This document shows, piece by piece, positions 19,191-27,277 of a DNA stretch of 64,000 nucleotides (position 1 is its first letter; the number at the start of each line of letters is the position of its first letter). Origin of the DNA: an uncultured Verrucomicrobiae bacterium (GTDB lineage: Bacteria; Verrucomicrobiota; Verrucomicrobiia; Chthoniobacterales; Terrimicrobiaceae); the NCBI GenBank assembly GCA_963706955.1, contig CAVPOC010000010.1, positions 32,001 to 96,000 of the forward strand, written 5' to 3'. The notes under the pieces were generated by a model. The model did no database searches. It was not told where the DNA came from and saw only the letters and a list, made by a program, of their open reading frames with translations. The position numbers and the translations under genes were made by a program.

Positions 19191-22100
19191 TTAAGCCACG
19201 GAAGTAGGCTCAGGAACGGGCGCGGGCGCTTCTTCGTCCTTCTTCTTTCCGACGAAATATTTCTCAACGAAATAAAAGCACGCCGGAATGAGAAATATCG
19301 AGAGGAAGGTGGCGGCGAGCATGCCGCCGATGACGGTAGTTCCCAAGACTCGGCGGGAAACGGCTCCTGATCCCGTGGCAATCGCCAGCGGCACCGTGCC
19401 GAGAATAAACGCAAAGGCGGTCATCAGAATGGGGCGCAAACGCAGCTTTGCTCCCGCCAGCGTGGCATCAAAAAGCGGTTTACCCTTCTCATACTCATCT
19501 TTCGCGAATTCAACGATGAGAATGGCATTTTTGGCGGCCAGACCGATCAGCATCACTAAGCCAATTTGAGCATACAAGTTGTTTTGCATGCCTCGCGCAA
19601 GCAGGCCGGCAAAGGCCCCAAAGACGGCGATCGGAGTCGTTAGCAAAACACTAAAGGGGAGCGACCAGCTCTCGTACTGAGCAGCCAGAATCAGAAAGAC
19701 AAACAGCAGAGAAAGTCCGAAGATAGCGCTTGGTGGCACGCCCTTGGCGGCCTTTTGCTCCTGAAATGACATCCCCAGATAGTCGAAGCCCATGCCATTG
19801 GGCATCGTCTGGGCAAAAACTTCCTCCAGTGCCTTCATGGCTTGGCCGGTGCTGTAGCCCGGCACCACAGCCGCATTGATCTGCGAACAGCGATACATGT
19901 TATACCGCATCGTGAACTCGGGACCGAAGCTCCTCTTGGCGTTGACAAAGGAATTGATCGGGACGGAATCCCCACTCTTGTTAGTGACGTAGAAGAGACC
20001 GAGGTTATCGATGTCTGTGCGGTAGTTTCCATCCGCCTGGATATAGACCTGCCATTGCAGACCGAAGCGGTTAAAGTAATTGACGAAATAGCCTCCCAGG
20101 AACGTCTGCAACGTCTGGTAGGCATCGGTTAGACTGACCCCTTGGATCATGGCCTGCGCTTGATCGACACCGACATACACCTGCGGCACATCCCAGAGCG
20201 CCGTCGTGAAGACGTTCGTGAGCTCGGGACGCTTTTTCGCCTCCGCCATGAACTCTTGCGTATTCTTGGCGATGAATTCCACGCCGCTGCCCGAGCGATC
20301 CTCAAGGATGAAGGTCACGCCACCAGCCGTCCCCACGCCCGGAATCGCCGGCGGCGGGAAGGCAAACGAAGCTGTCGGCCTGGGGAGAGCAGCCAACTCG
20401 CGGTTGATGTGAGCCTGAATCGCATCGACTTGGAGTTCGGGCGTCTTGCGTTTGGACCATTCTTCCAGCGTAATGAAGTAGAATCCGGTGTAAGTGCTTT
20501 GGACGGAGCTCAGCAGATTGAATCCGACAATGGAGGTTACATACTGAACGCCGGGTGTCTTGAGGAGGATTTCCTCGATCTGACTCGAAACATCGTTGGT
20601 TTGCTGGAGAGACGAGGCGCGTGGAAGCTGGACAACCCCGAAAAGATAACCCTGATCCTCTTCCGGAATGAATCCGGAAGGCATCTTTGCGCCAATCCAG
20701 CCACCGGCAAGACCCAGGAGCAAGATGAGGAAAAGGCTGATGAAAACCTTGCGAATAAGCCCGGCGCACATGCTACCGTAGCCGTTGGTCGCCTTACCAA
20801 AAAGATTGTTAAAACCCCGAAAGAACGCCGCTAGCGGTCCTCTGCCCTCTTTCTTTGGCCGCAAGAGCATGGCGCCTAGCGCAGGGCTGAGAGTCAATGC
20901 ATTAAACGCCGAGATGATCACCGAGACGGCCATGGTCACGGCGAACTGCTGGTACATCGCACCGGTGATGCCCGGGATAAATATCGTAGGAATGAAAACG
21001 GCCGAGAGGATCAGCGCGATGGCGACGACAGGCCCCTGCACTTGCGACATGGCCTTGATCGCCGCATCGCGCGGAGACAGTCCATGCTCGATATGCAACT
21101 CGATCGCCTCGACGACGACAATGGCATCATCGACGACAAGCCCAATGGCCAGAACCAAGCCGAAGAGCGATAGCGTATTGATGGAAAACCCGAGCAGCGG
21201 AAAAATGGCGAATGTTCCGATCAAAGAGACCGGAACTGCGATCAACGGAATGAGGGTAGCCCGCCAGCCTTGCAAGAAGATGAAGACGACGAGAATAACC
21301 AGGGCCATCGCTTCGAAGAGCGTCTTGATGATTTCCTTCATGCCCTCGGTCACCGCCAGAGTCGTGTCCAGCGCCACAACGTAATCCAGGTCGGCCGGAA
21401 ACTGCTTCTTCATCTGCGCCATAAGGGCCCGCGCATTCTTCATGACATCCACCGCATTCGAGCCAGGGAGTTGGTAGACAGCCAAAATGGCGGAGTTCTT
21501 CCCGTTGAAACGCCCTTGAAGATTGTAAATCTGGGACCCCAGATCAACCCGTGCCACATCCTTCACGCGAACGATCGAACCGTCCGAATTTGCGCGGATG
21601 ACGATGTTCTCGAAGTCCTGCGGCGTCACCAGTCGCCCGGTGGTGTTAACGCTGAAGGTAAAGACCTGCCCCTGTGGAACCGGCTCACCGCCAATCTGGC
21701 CGGCGGGGTTGACGTTATTCTGAGCCTGGACTGCCCGAATGACCTCCGGGACGGTGATGTTCAGAGTCGCGAGCCGATCCGGCAGAACCCAGATGCGCAT
21801 GGCGTATTGACCCGCGCCATAAACGCTCACGCTGCCCATGCCCGGAATGCGGGTCATTGGGTCGTTAATGTTGATGTAGCAATAGTTCGCCAAAAAAGTC
21901 GGGTCATAACTCGCATTGGGCGAGTAGAGAACGAAGACTCCGAGCGGCGATGAGCCCGACTGGTCGACCGTGACGCCGTAGTTGCGCACGTCTTGCGGCA
22001 ACTGCGCAGATGCCTGGGTCTGTCGCATCTGCGCGAGAATTTGATCCGTAGTGGCCACCGTCGAGGTATCGAAAATGACGTTCAGCGTCATCATGCCATT

Positions 22101-22352
22101 ATTGGCATTAACGGAATACATGTACTCCATGCCCTCGACGCCGCTCATCTGCTGTTCGATGGGCGTGGCCACCGCCGCCTCCACAGTCAGGGCATCCGCC
22201 CCGACGTAGGTCGTCGAGACCTGGATCTGGGGAGGAACGATGTTCGGGAATTGCGAGATCGGAAGACCGGCCATCGAGACGAGGCCTACGATCACAATGA
22301 TGATGGCGATGACCATCGCCACGATCGGCCGGCGAATAAAGAAGTTCGACAT
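19191..22352 (-). CDS. RND efflux inner membrane transporter, HAE1 (AcrB/MexB-like)
   Basis: MSNFFIRRPIVAMV, INTLSLFGLVLAIGLVVDDAIVVVE, GLAAKNAILIVEFA, RLRPILMTAFAFILG. Confidence 0.93.
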   Translation of the reverse strand: MSNFFIRRPIVAMVIAIIIVIVGLVSMAGLPISQFPNIVPPQIQVSTTYVGADALTVEAAVATPIEQQMSGVEGMEYMYSVNANNGMMTLNVIFDTSTVATTDQILAQMRQTQASAQLPQDVRNYGVTVDQSGSSPLGVFVLYSPNASYDPTFLANYCYININDPMTRIPGMGSVSVYGAGQYAMRIWVLPDRLATLNITVPEVIRAVQAQNNVNPAGQIGGEPVPQGQVFTFSVNTTGRLVTPQDFENIVIRANSDGSIVRVKDVARVDLGSQIYNLQGRFNGKNSAILAVYQLPGSNAVDVMKNARALMAQMKKQFPADLDYVVALDTTLAVTEGMKEIIKTLFEAMALVILVVFIFLQGWRATLIPLIAVPVSLIGTFAIFPLLGFSINTLSLFGLVLAIGLVVDDAIVVVEAIELHIEHGLSPRDAAIKAMSQVQGPVVAIALILSAVFIPTIFIPGITGAMYQQFAVTMAVSVIISAFNALTLSPALGAMLLRPKKEGRGPLAAFFRGFNNLFGKATNGYGSMCAGLIRKVFISLFLILLLGLAGGWIGAKMPSGFIPEEDQGYLFGVVQLPRASSLQQTNDVSSQIEEILLKTPGVQYVTSIVGFNLLSSVQSTYTGFYFITLEEWSKRKTPELQVDAIQAHINRELAALPRPTASFAFPPPAIPGVGTAGGVTFILEDRSGSGVEFIAKNTQEFMAEAKKRPELTNVFTTALWDVPQVYVGVDQAQAMIQGVSLTDAYQTLQTFLGGYFVNYFNRFGLQWQVYIQADGNYRTDIDNLGLFYVTNKSGDSVPINSFVNAKRSFGPEFTMRYNMYRCSQINAAVVPGYSTGQAMKALEEVFAQTMPNGMGFDYLGMSFQEQKAAKGVPPSAIFGLSLLFVFLILAAQYESWSLPFSVLLTTPIAVFGAFAGLLARGMQNNLYAQIGLVMLIGLAAKNAILIVEFAKDEYEKGKPLFDATLAGAKLRLRPILMTAFAFILGTVPLAIATGSGAVSRRVLGTTVIGGMLAATFLSIFLIPACFYFVEKYFVGKKKDEEAPAPVPEPTSVA

Positions 22353-22376
22353 GTGGACTCGCCTACTTGGCTCTGC

Positions 22377-23675
22377 CTAGTTGTAGAGACCCTTGTGCCA
22401 TAGGCCTCCGGCTAAACAGGCGGTCGGCACAACCACCGCTCGAACGTCGCCCGTCTTGACTTCCGGACTTGGCGTTGGACTCGGGCTCTCCTCGGGTTTT
22501 TCGGCGGCCGGGCTCGGCTTCGCCTCCGGGGCCGCGCCCTTATGCTCGGCGGGCGGAACATACGGCTCCGGATTCACCTTCATTCCGGGCCGCATTTTCT
22601 CGACGCCCCCGACGACCACTTTCTCTCCGACCTTCAGCGGTCCCGTGACGACCTGCAGCTGACCTTTGGTGGGACCGAGCTTCACAGGAACAGGCTTCAC
22701 GACGTTGTCCTCTCCGAGGACTATGACGAGGTAATTTCCCTGCAACTCGACCGTCGAGGCCTGGGGGACGACCAAGGCATCCTGCAGTTCGTCCACCGGG
22801 GCCGTGATCCGCGCGAAGAGGCCAGGCCGGAGAAGTTCGTCATCGTTGGGAAAAAGTGCCGTGATCTGGATCGTCCCTGTCGATGCGTTCACCTGTCGGT
22901 TCACAAAATCGAATCGACCCTTGTGGGAATAGACCGTCCCGTCGGCGAGCGTGAGTTCCAGCCGCGACTTGAGCTGGTCCTGTGGGGTGGCTTGCAGTCG
23001 TTGGATCAGCGCATAGGCTTGCAAATACTGTTCCTCGGTAATGGAAAAGTTCACCTTGATCGGATTGACTTGGGAAAGCTGGGTGAGAACAGTTGCAGTT
23101 CCGGCGGGGCCAACCAGATCGCCGATCTGCGCCTGCGCTACGCCCGCGATTCCGTCAAAGGGCGCCGTGATCGTGCAGTAGTTCAGATTGAGTTTGGCTG
23201 TGTCGACATTGGCTTGCGCTGCGGCCACCGAAGCCACCCCCGCCTGCGCATTTTCATAAGCAGTGTCATACTCCTGCTGACTGATCACTTTGGTGCGATA
23301 GAGTTGCGTTTGGCGATCGAGGGTTATTTGCGCGAGTTGGGCTGCGGCTACTGCCTTGGCGTAATCGGCCTGGGCTTGCGCAAGCGCAGCTTCAAACGGC
23401 CTCTTGTCGATCGTGAAAAGGACATCGCCCTTCTTTACCAGCGAACCTTCCTTGTAATCCTGAGTGGTAAGATAACCGGTCACCTGCGCACGGATGTCGG
23501 CGTTTCGATAACCATTGAGAAGGCCGACCCACGTATTCATCACCATCACGTCCTCCTGGCCGACCGGCGTGACCGTCACCGTCGGCGGCGGTGCGACCGG
23601 CGCAGTAGCCTTCTTTTCACAACCAATCAAAATGGCAACAACCAGCCCCGACAGCAGGGCGAGGACGCGGTTCAT
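22377..23675 (-). CDS. RND efflux periplasmic adaptor (AcrA-like MFP), lipoprotein
   Basis: Lipobox LIGC; IRAQVTGYL, GSLVKKGDVLFTID, YCTITAPFDG, LLRPGLFAR; the extreme C-terminus is encoded by a REP. Confidence 0.9.
   Translation of the reverse strand: MNRVLALLSGLVVAILIGCEKKATAPVAPPPTVTVTPVGQEDVMVMNTWVGLLNGYRNADIRAQVTGYLTTQDYKEGSLVKKGDVLFTIDKRPFEAALAQAQADYAKAVAAAQLAQITLDRQTQLYRTKVISQQEYDTAYENAQAGVASVAAAQANVDTAKLNLNYCTITAPFDGIAGVAQAQIGDLVGPAGTATVLTQLSQVNPIKVNFSITEEQYLQAYALIQRLQATPQDQLKSRLELTLADGTVYSHKGRFDFVNRQVNASTGTIQITALFPNDDELLRPGLFARITAPVDELQDALVVPQASTVELQGNYLVIVLGEDNVVKPVPVKLGPTKGQLQVVTGPLKVGEKVVVGGVEKMRPGMKVNPEPYVPPAEHKGAAPEAKPSPAAEKPEESPSPTPSPEVKTGDVRAVVVPTACLAGGLWHKGLYN
22381..22440. 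repeat. Degenerate REP doublet, family B, inside the 3' end of the MFP CDS
   Basis: ttgtagagacccttgtgccataggcc...caggcggtcggcacaaccaccgct, homologous to 41641-41700. Confidence 0.75.
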
Positions 23676-23747
23676 AAGTCGCTTCGTATTCGGGTGAGGG
23701 AACAATGTCAATGGCCTGAAAAGGCCACCTGCTGCAACCATTCTAAT

Positions 23748-25138
23748 TTAAACGAACTTGCCGGGATTCAACAACCTTTTGGGATCGAGGGCGTCTTTGA
23801 TTGTTTGATGAAGAGCGCGATTCTCTTCTGAAAGGGCGAGATCCCACCAGCGCATCTTCGCGAGGCCAACACCGTGCTCGCCGGTGATCGCTCCACCCCA
23901 GGCGATAACCTTAGCAAAGAGTTCGTCCAGGGCAGACTCCGCCCGCGCGTGAATCTCTGGTTCATCATCGTCAGGAACCATGATGTTCACGTGAATATTT
24001 CCATCGCCGGCGTGACCAAAGCAGGCGATCGGAAAACCGCTCCGCGCCTGCAATTCTCGCGCAAAGTCAACTAAATCTACCAGCCGCCCGCGAGGAACGA
24101 CGACATCTTCATTTAGTTTCTTGAGCCCGGTAGCTCTTAAGGACTCTGAAAAAGCACGCCGCAACTTCCACAGCCTGGCGCAGGACCTTTCATCTGTTGC
24201 CCTCTCGATTGCCGTAGCCTTCTCTGCACGCAGCAATCTCGCAATCGAACGCGCTTCCGCGTGAACACTTTCGCGCTGTCCATCCACCTCAATGAGCAAG
24301 TGCGCATCTCCGGGTGGGAATGAATTGCCGGGGCGAAATCGCCGAGCGGCCTCGAGGGTAAAACGATCCGCGATCTCCACGGCAGCCGGAAGGAACCCGG
24401 CAGCGAACATCGCTCGAATTGCCTTCGAGGCTGCGCGCATGTCGCGAAAACCGGCCGAGAGCACAGCGCGCGCAGGCGGAAAGGGCAACAAGCGCAGGGT
24501 TGCCTCACTGACAATTCCCAATAATCCTTCCGAACCGACGAAGAGACCGACGAGATCAAAGCCGGTTTTGTTTTTGTGGGTGCGCCCGCCACACCTCACG
24601 ATGGCACCGTTAGCTAAGACGACTTCCAGGCCGAGCACATAGTGGCGAGTCACGCCGTACTTCAAGCATCGGGGACCGCCCGCGTTTGTCGCGATGTTTC
24701 CGCCGATGCTGCAATGTTTAAGACTCGCCGGATCGGGCGGATAAAAAAGCCCCTTGCGACGCGCAGCGGACTGAAGCTCCGCGGTGATGACTCCAGGTTC
24801 GACGACCGCGACAAAGTCGGCACTGTCGATTTCCTTGATGCGATTCATGCGCTGCGTGCCAAGAACAACACCGCCGCTTACGGGAACGCATCCGCCCACG
24901 TAGCCATATCCGGAGCCTCGCGTTGTCACTGGCAGGTTCTTCTGAGAGCAACCCTCATCACCTCCGCTATGTCGGCGCTGGTCCGCGGGAAGACCGCCAA
25001 ATCGGGCTGACGATGCGCAAACCATTTGTCTCCGCCAAGCTCCACCAGACGCGCTGCGTCGGTCACGACAGCTTGGTCTCCCAACTTGCGTCGTAGCTCT
25101 CGTGCGGCTGCCGCTGCCGGAGTTTTCGTTCTGTCCAT
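23748..25138 (-). CDS. FAD-linked oxidase, GlcD/D-lactate dehydrogenase family; frameshift near 24935
   Basis: N-part 24926-25138 (PDLAVFPRTSADIAEVMR) joins PVTTRGSGYGYVGG, YPPDPAS, KYGVTRHYVLGLEVV, GHAGDGNIH, ITGEHGVG, LNPGK. Confidence 0.85.
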
Positions 25139-25235
25139 TCTTAAAAATGATGTCGGAACGGCCCCGCATTCAAGGGAGATTCCGCGAAAGAGTGAAACTC
25201 GCTACGCCGCGACACCCACCCCACGAATCGACGAC

Positions 25236-25580
25236 TTAGTAGTGCCCGATGATGGCAAATGCGTAGGTCGCAAAAATAAATGTTGTCAGTGCGATCCCCA
25301 CCGGAATGGCGAATTTGGAGGCCACGAAACCGCGTTCAATTTTCAGCGAAGCATAGCCGTATGCGCTCCAGAAAATCGGAATGAGCAAGAGCCAAACGCT
25401 GTTCTGCATCAAGAACAACGACAGCCGAGGATAATCCGTCATCGACCCGATGGGATACCCGGACGCCTTAAGCAAAATGGTCACGCCCATCGAACCAAGA
25501 GCCAGGAACACAAATTGGGTCAGGGCAATTATTTGAAGCATCGGCCCAGCAGGATAGTGACTATCCAAAGCCGAAGACAA
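25236..25580 (-). CDS. Small hypothetical membrane protein (three hydrophobic segments)
   Basis: Hydrophobic segments in the translation; co-oriented with neighbours; start could be 25541. Confidence 0.5.
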   Translation of the reverse strand: MSSALDSHYPAGPMLQIIALTQFVFLALGSMGVTILLKASGYPIGSMTDYPRLSLFLMQNSVWLLLIPIFWSAYGYASLKIERGFVASKFAIPVGIALTTFIFATYAFAIIGHY

Positions 25581-25594
25581 TCTTGATTGTGGAA

Positions 25595-25732
25595 CTGTAG
25601 CGGTCGGGCTGCCCGCCTCCTCATCGTCGAAACCGACTGTCGCGGCATGTGCTCATCATCGCGAGGCGCTGCTGTAGCGGCGATGTCCTCATCGTCGCGG
25701 GTGCTTTTCCGGCGGTGGGACACCGCCGCTAC
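25595..25732. repeat. REP cluster, family A, downstream of RAYT
   Basis: gtagcggcgatgtcctcatcgtcg (25674-25697), inverted cggcggtgggacaccgccgctac (25710-25732), degenerate copies near 25595 and 25637. Confidence 0.85.
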
Positions 25733-25745
25733 AAAATTTTGCGCT

Positions 25746-26318
25746 TCAAAAGCGTAACTCGTAGATCTCGCCTTGGAATGGCCATGCATCTGCTTCCGCG
25801 ACTAATCCGGCCCGCACAGGATTATCGCGAACATAGTTCCACTTCTCGGAATACGACTCTCCCGAACGCATCACATGATCAAAGAAGCCTTTTTGCCAAT
25901 GGGGAGACGAAACACCCATTTCATCGAGCACTCTCGTCAACGAGCGCTTCAATCCTTTCATCCAGATGGAAAGCGCATGAGGCACCTCGTGGGGAACCAC
26001 AATAAAAAGATGAAGATGATCGGGCATTAAGACGAATCGACCAACAAAGAATCCTCGCTCTAAGCCCTCGAAGCAGAACTCCTGAAATGCATCAAAGACT
26101 AATTTGTTTGCCAAAGCCGGCCTTCGACCCTCAACGCAAGCCGTAACGAAATAGACCGGCCGATCAGCAAAGACCCAATCCAATCGCTTGAGGCGCTGCT
26201 TCTGCTGTAGCGGCGGTGTCCCCACCGTCGGTGCTCGCGATGTCCCCACCGCCGATCCTTTCGATTCTCTCACAATCGCTGCTTGTGCGAATTTTTGATC
26301 CCACGCCGGTGGGGACAC
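25746..26318 (-). mobile_element. REP-associated tyrosine transposase (RAYT/TnpA-REP, HUH Y1 family)
   Basis: VYFVTAC, HUH motif FVLMPDHLH, WQKGFFDHVMR, YVRDNPVRAGLV; flanked on both sides by GTAG REP palindromes; start codon uncertain. Confidence 0.88.
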
Positions 26319-26327
26319 CGGCGCTAC
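26205..26327. repeat. REP cluster, family A, upstream of and overlapping the RAYT 5' end
   Basis: gtagcggcggtgtccccaccgtcg (26207-26230), gcgatgtccccaccgccg, inverted cgccggtggggacaccggcgctac (26304-26327). Confidence 0.85.
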
Positions 26328-26338
26328 AGGGCGGCACG

Positions 26339-27115
26339 CTACATGCCCATGGCTTCGTAGCCGCCGTCCACGTAGATCACTTGACCGGTGATGGCCGCCG
26401 CGCCGGGGCTGGCGAGAAAGACGCCCGTGTGGCCGAGCTCATCCGGGTGGCAACTGCGTTTGAGCGGCGCATGCTCCTCATAATGCTTGAGCATCAGGCC
26501 AAATCCGGCGATTCCGCGCGCAGCCAACGTCTGCACTGGTCCTGCGCTGATGCAATTGACGCGGATTTTCTTTGGTCCAAGGTCGTAGGCGAGATAGCGG
26601 GTCGAAGCTTCGAGCGAAGCCTTGGCGACGCCCATGACATTGTAATGGGGGACGACTTTGACCGAACCATAGTAAGTCATCGCCACGATGCTTCCTCCCT
26701 CGGTCATCAATGGCGCCGCCCGCTGGGCGAGTGCCACGAGCGAGTACGCCGAGACGTCATGCGCAATCCTGAACGCTTCGCGCGAGGTGGAAACGAAATC
26801 GCCCTCCAGGGCCTCCTTGGGAGCATAAGCGACCGAATGGAGCATCAGTTCCAGCTTGGACGTATGCTCCCGAGCTTTGACGAAAAAAGCGTCAAGCTCA
26901 TCATCCTTGGTCACATCGCAGGGATACAGGGCGACGTCGCTGCCGAATTCGGCAACCAGCTCCTGAACGTTCTCCTTCAGCCGCTCTCCCTGGTAGTTGA
27001 AGATCAGCTTTGCGCCCGCTTTATGCCAGGCCTTGGCGATGGCCCAGGCAATGCTGCGCTTGTTGGCGACGCCGAAAACGACGCCCGTCATGCCGGAGAG
27101 AATGCCTTCACTCAT
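26339..27115 (-). CDS. fabI: Enoyl-ACP reductase (NADH)
   Basis: GVANKRSIAWAIA, HDVSAYSL, YNVMGVAKASLE, ISAGPVQTLAA, ITGQVIYVDGG. Confidence 0.95.
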   Translation of the reverse strand: MSEGILSGMTGVVFGVANKRSIAWAIAKAWHKAGAKLIFNYQGERLKENVQELVAEFGSDVALYPCDVTKDDELDAFFVKAREHTSKLELMLHSVAYAPKEALEGDFVSTSREAFRIAHDVSAYSLVALAQRAAPLMTEGGSIVAMTYYGSVKVVPHYNVMGVAKASLEASTRYLAYDLGPKKIRVNCISAGPVQTLAARGIAGFGLMLKHYEEHAPLKRSCHPDELGHTGVFLASPGAAAITGQVIYVDGGYEAMGM

Positions 27116-27277
27116 GCCGACATGAAAAGGCCATCGCAGCCGGCATTGTCACGCAGAAAAGGATTCGTAGTGAAATGGTTCGAGGCTACGCCGCCCTCCA
27201 GCTCGACCGGGTCAGGTATTTTTCCGCTTCTTTCTGTTGCTTTTCGCAGCCTTTTCTCAGAATGATTCCGCCCCGCG

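Noticed and set aside
22542..23831. Long antisense ORFs (also 2758-3909, 4207-5199, 26216-27265, 52362-54764, 62917-63777)
   Set aside because: Shadows of real genes on the opposite strand in GC-rich DNA; no recognisable motifs.
25746..26318. IS200/IS605 insertion sequence with tnpB
   Set aside because: No tnpB present; the motifs and multiple flanking REPs fit a RAYT.
25595..26327. Short repeats as a CRISPR array
   Set aside because: Repeats are inverted, irregularly spaced, GTAG-headed palindromes flanking a RAYT; no regular spacers or cas genes.
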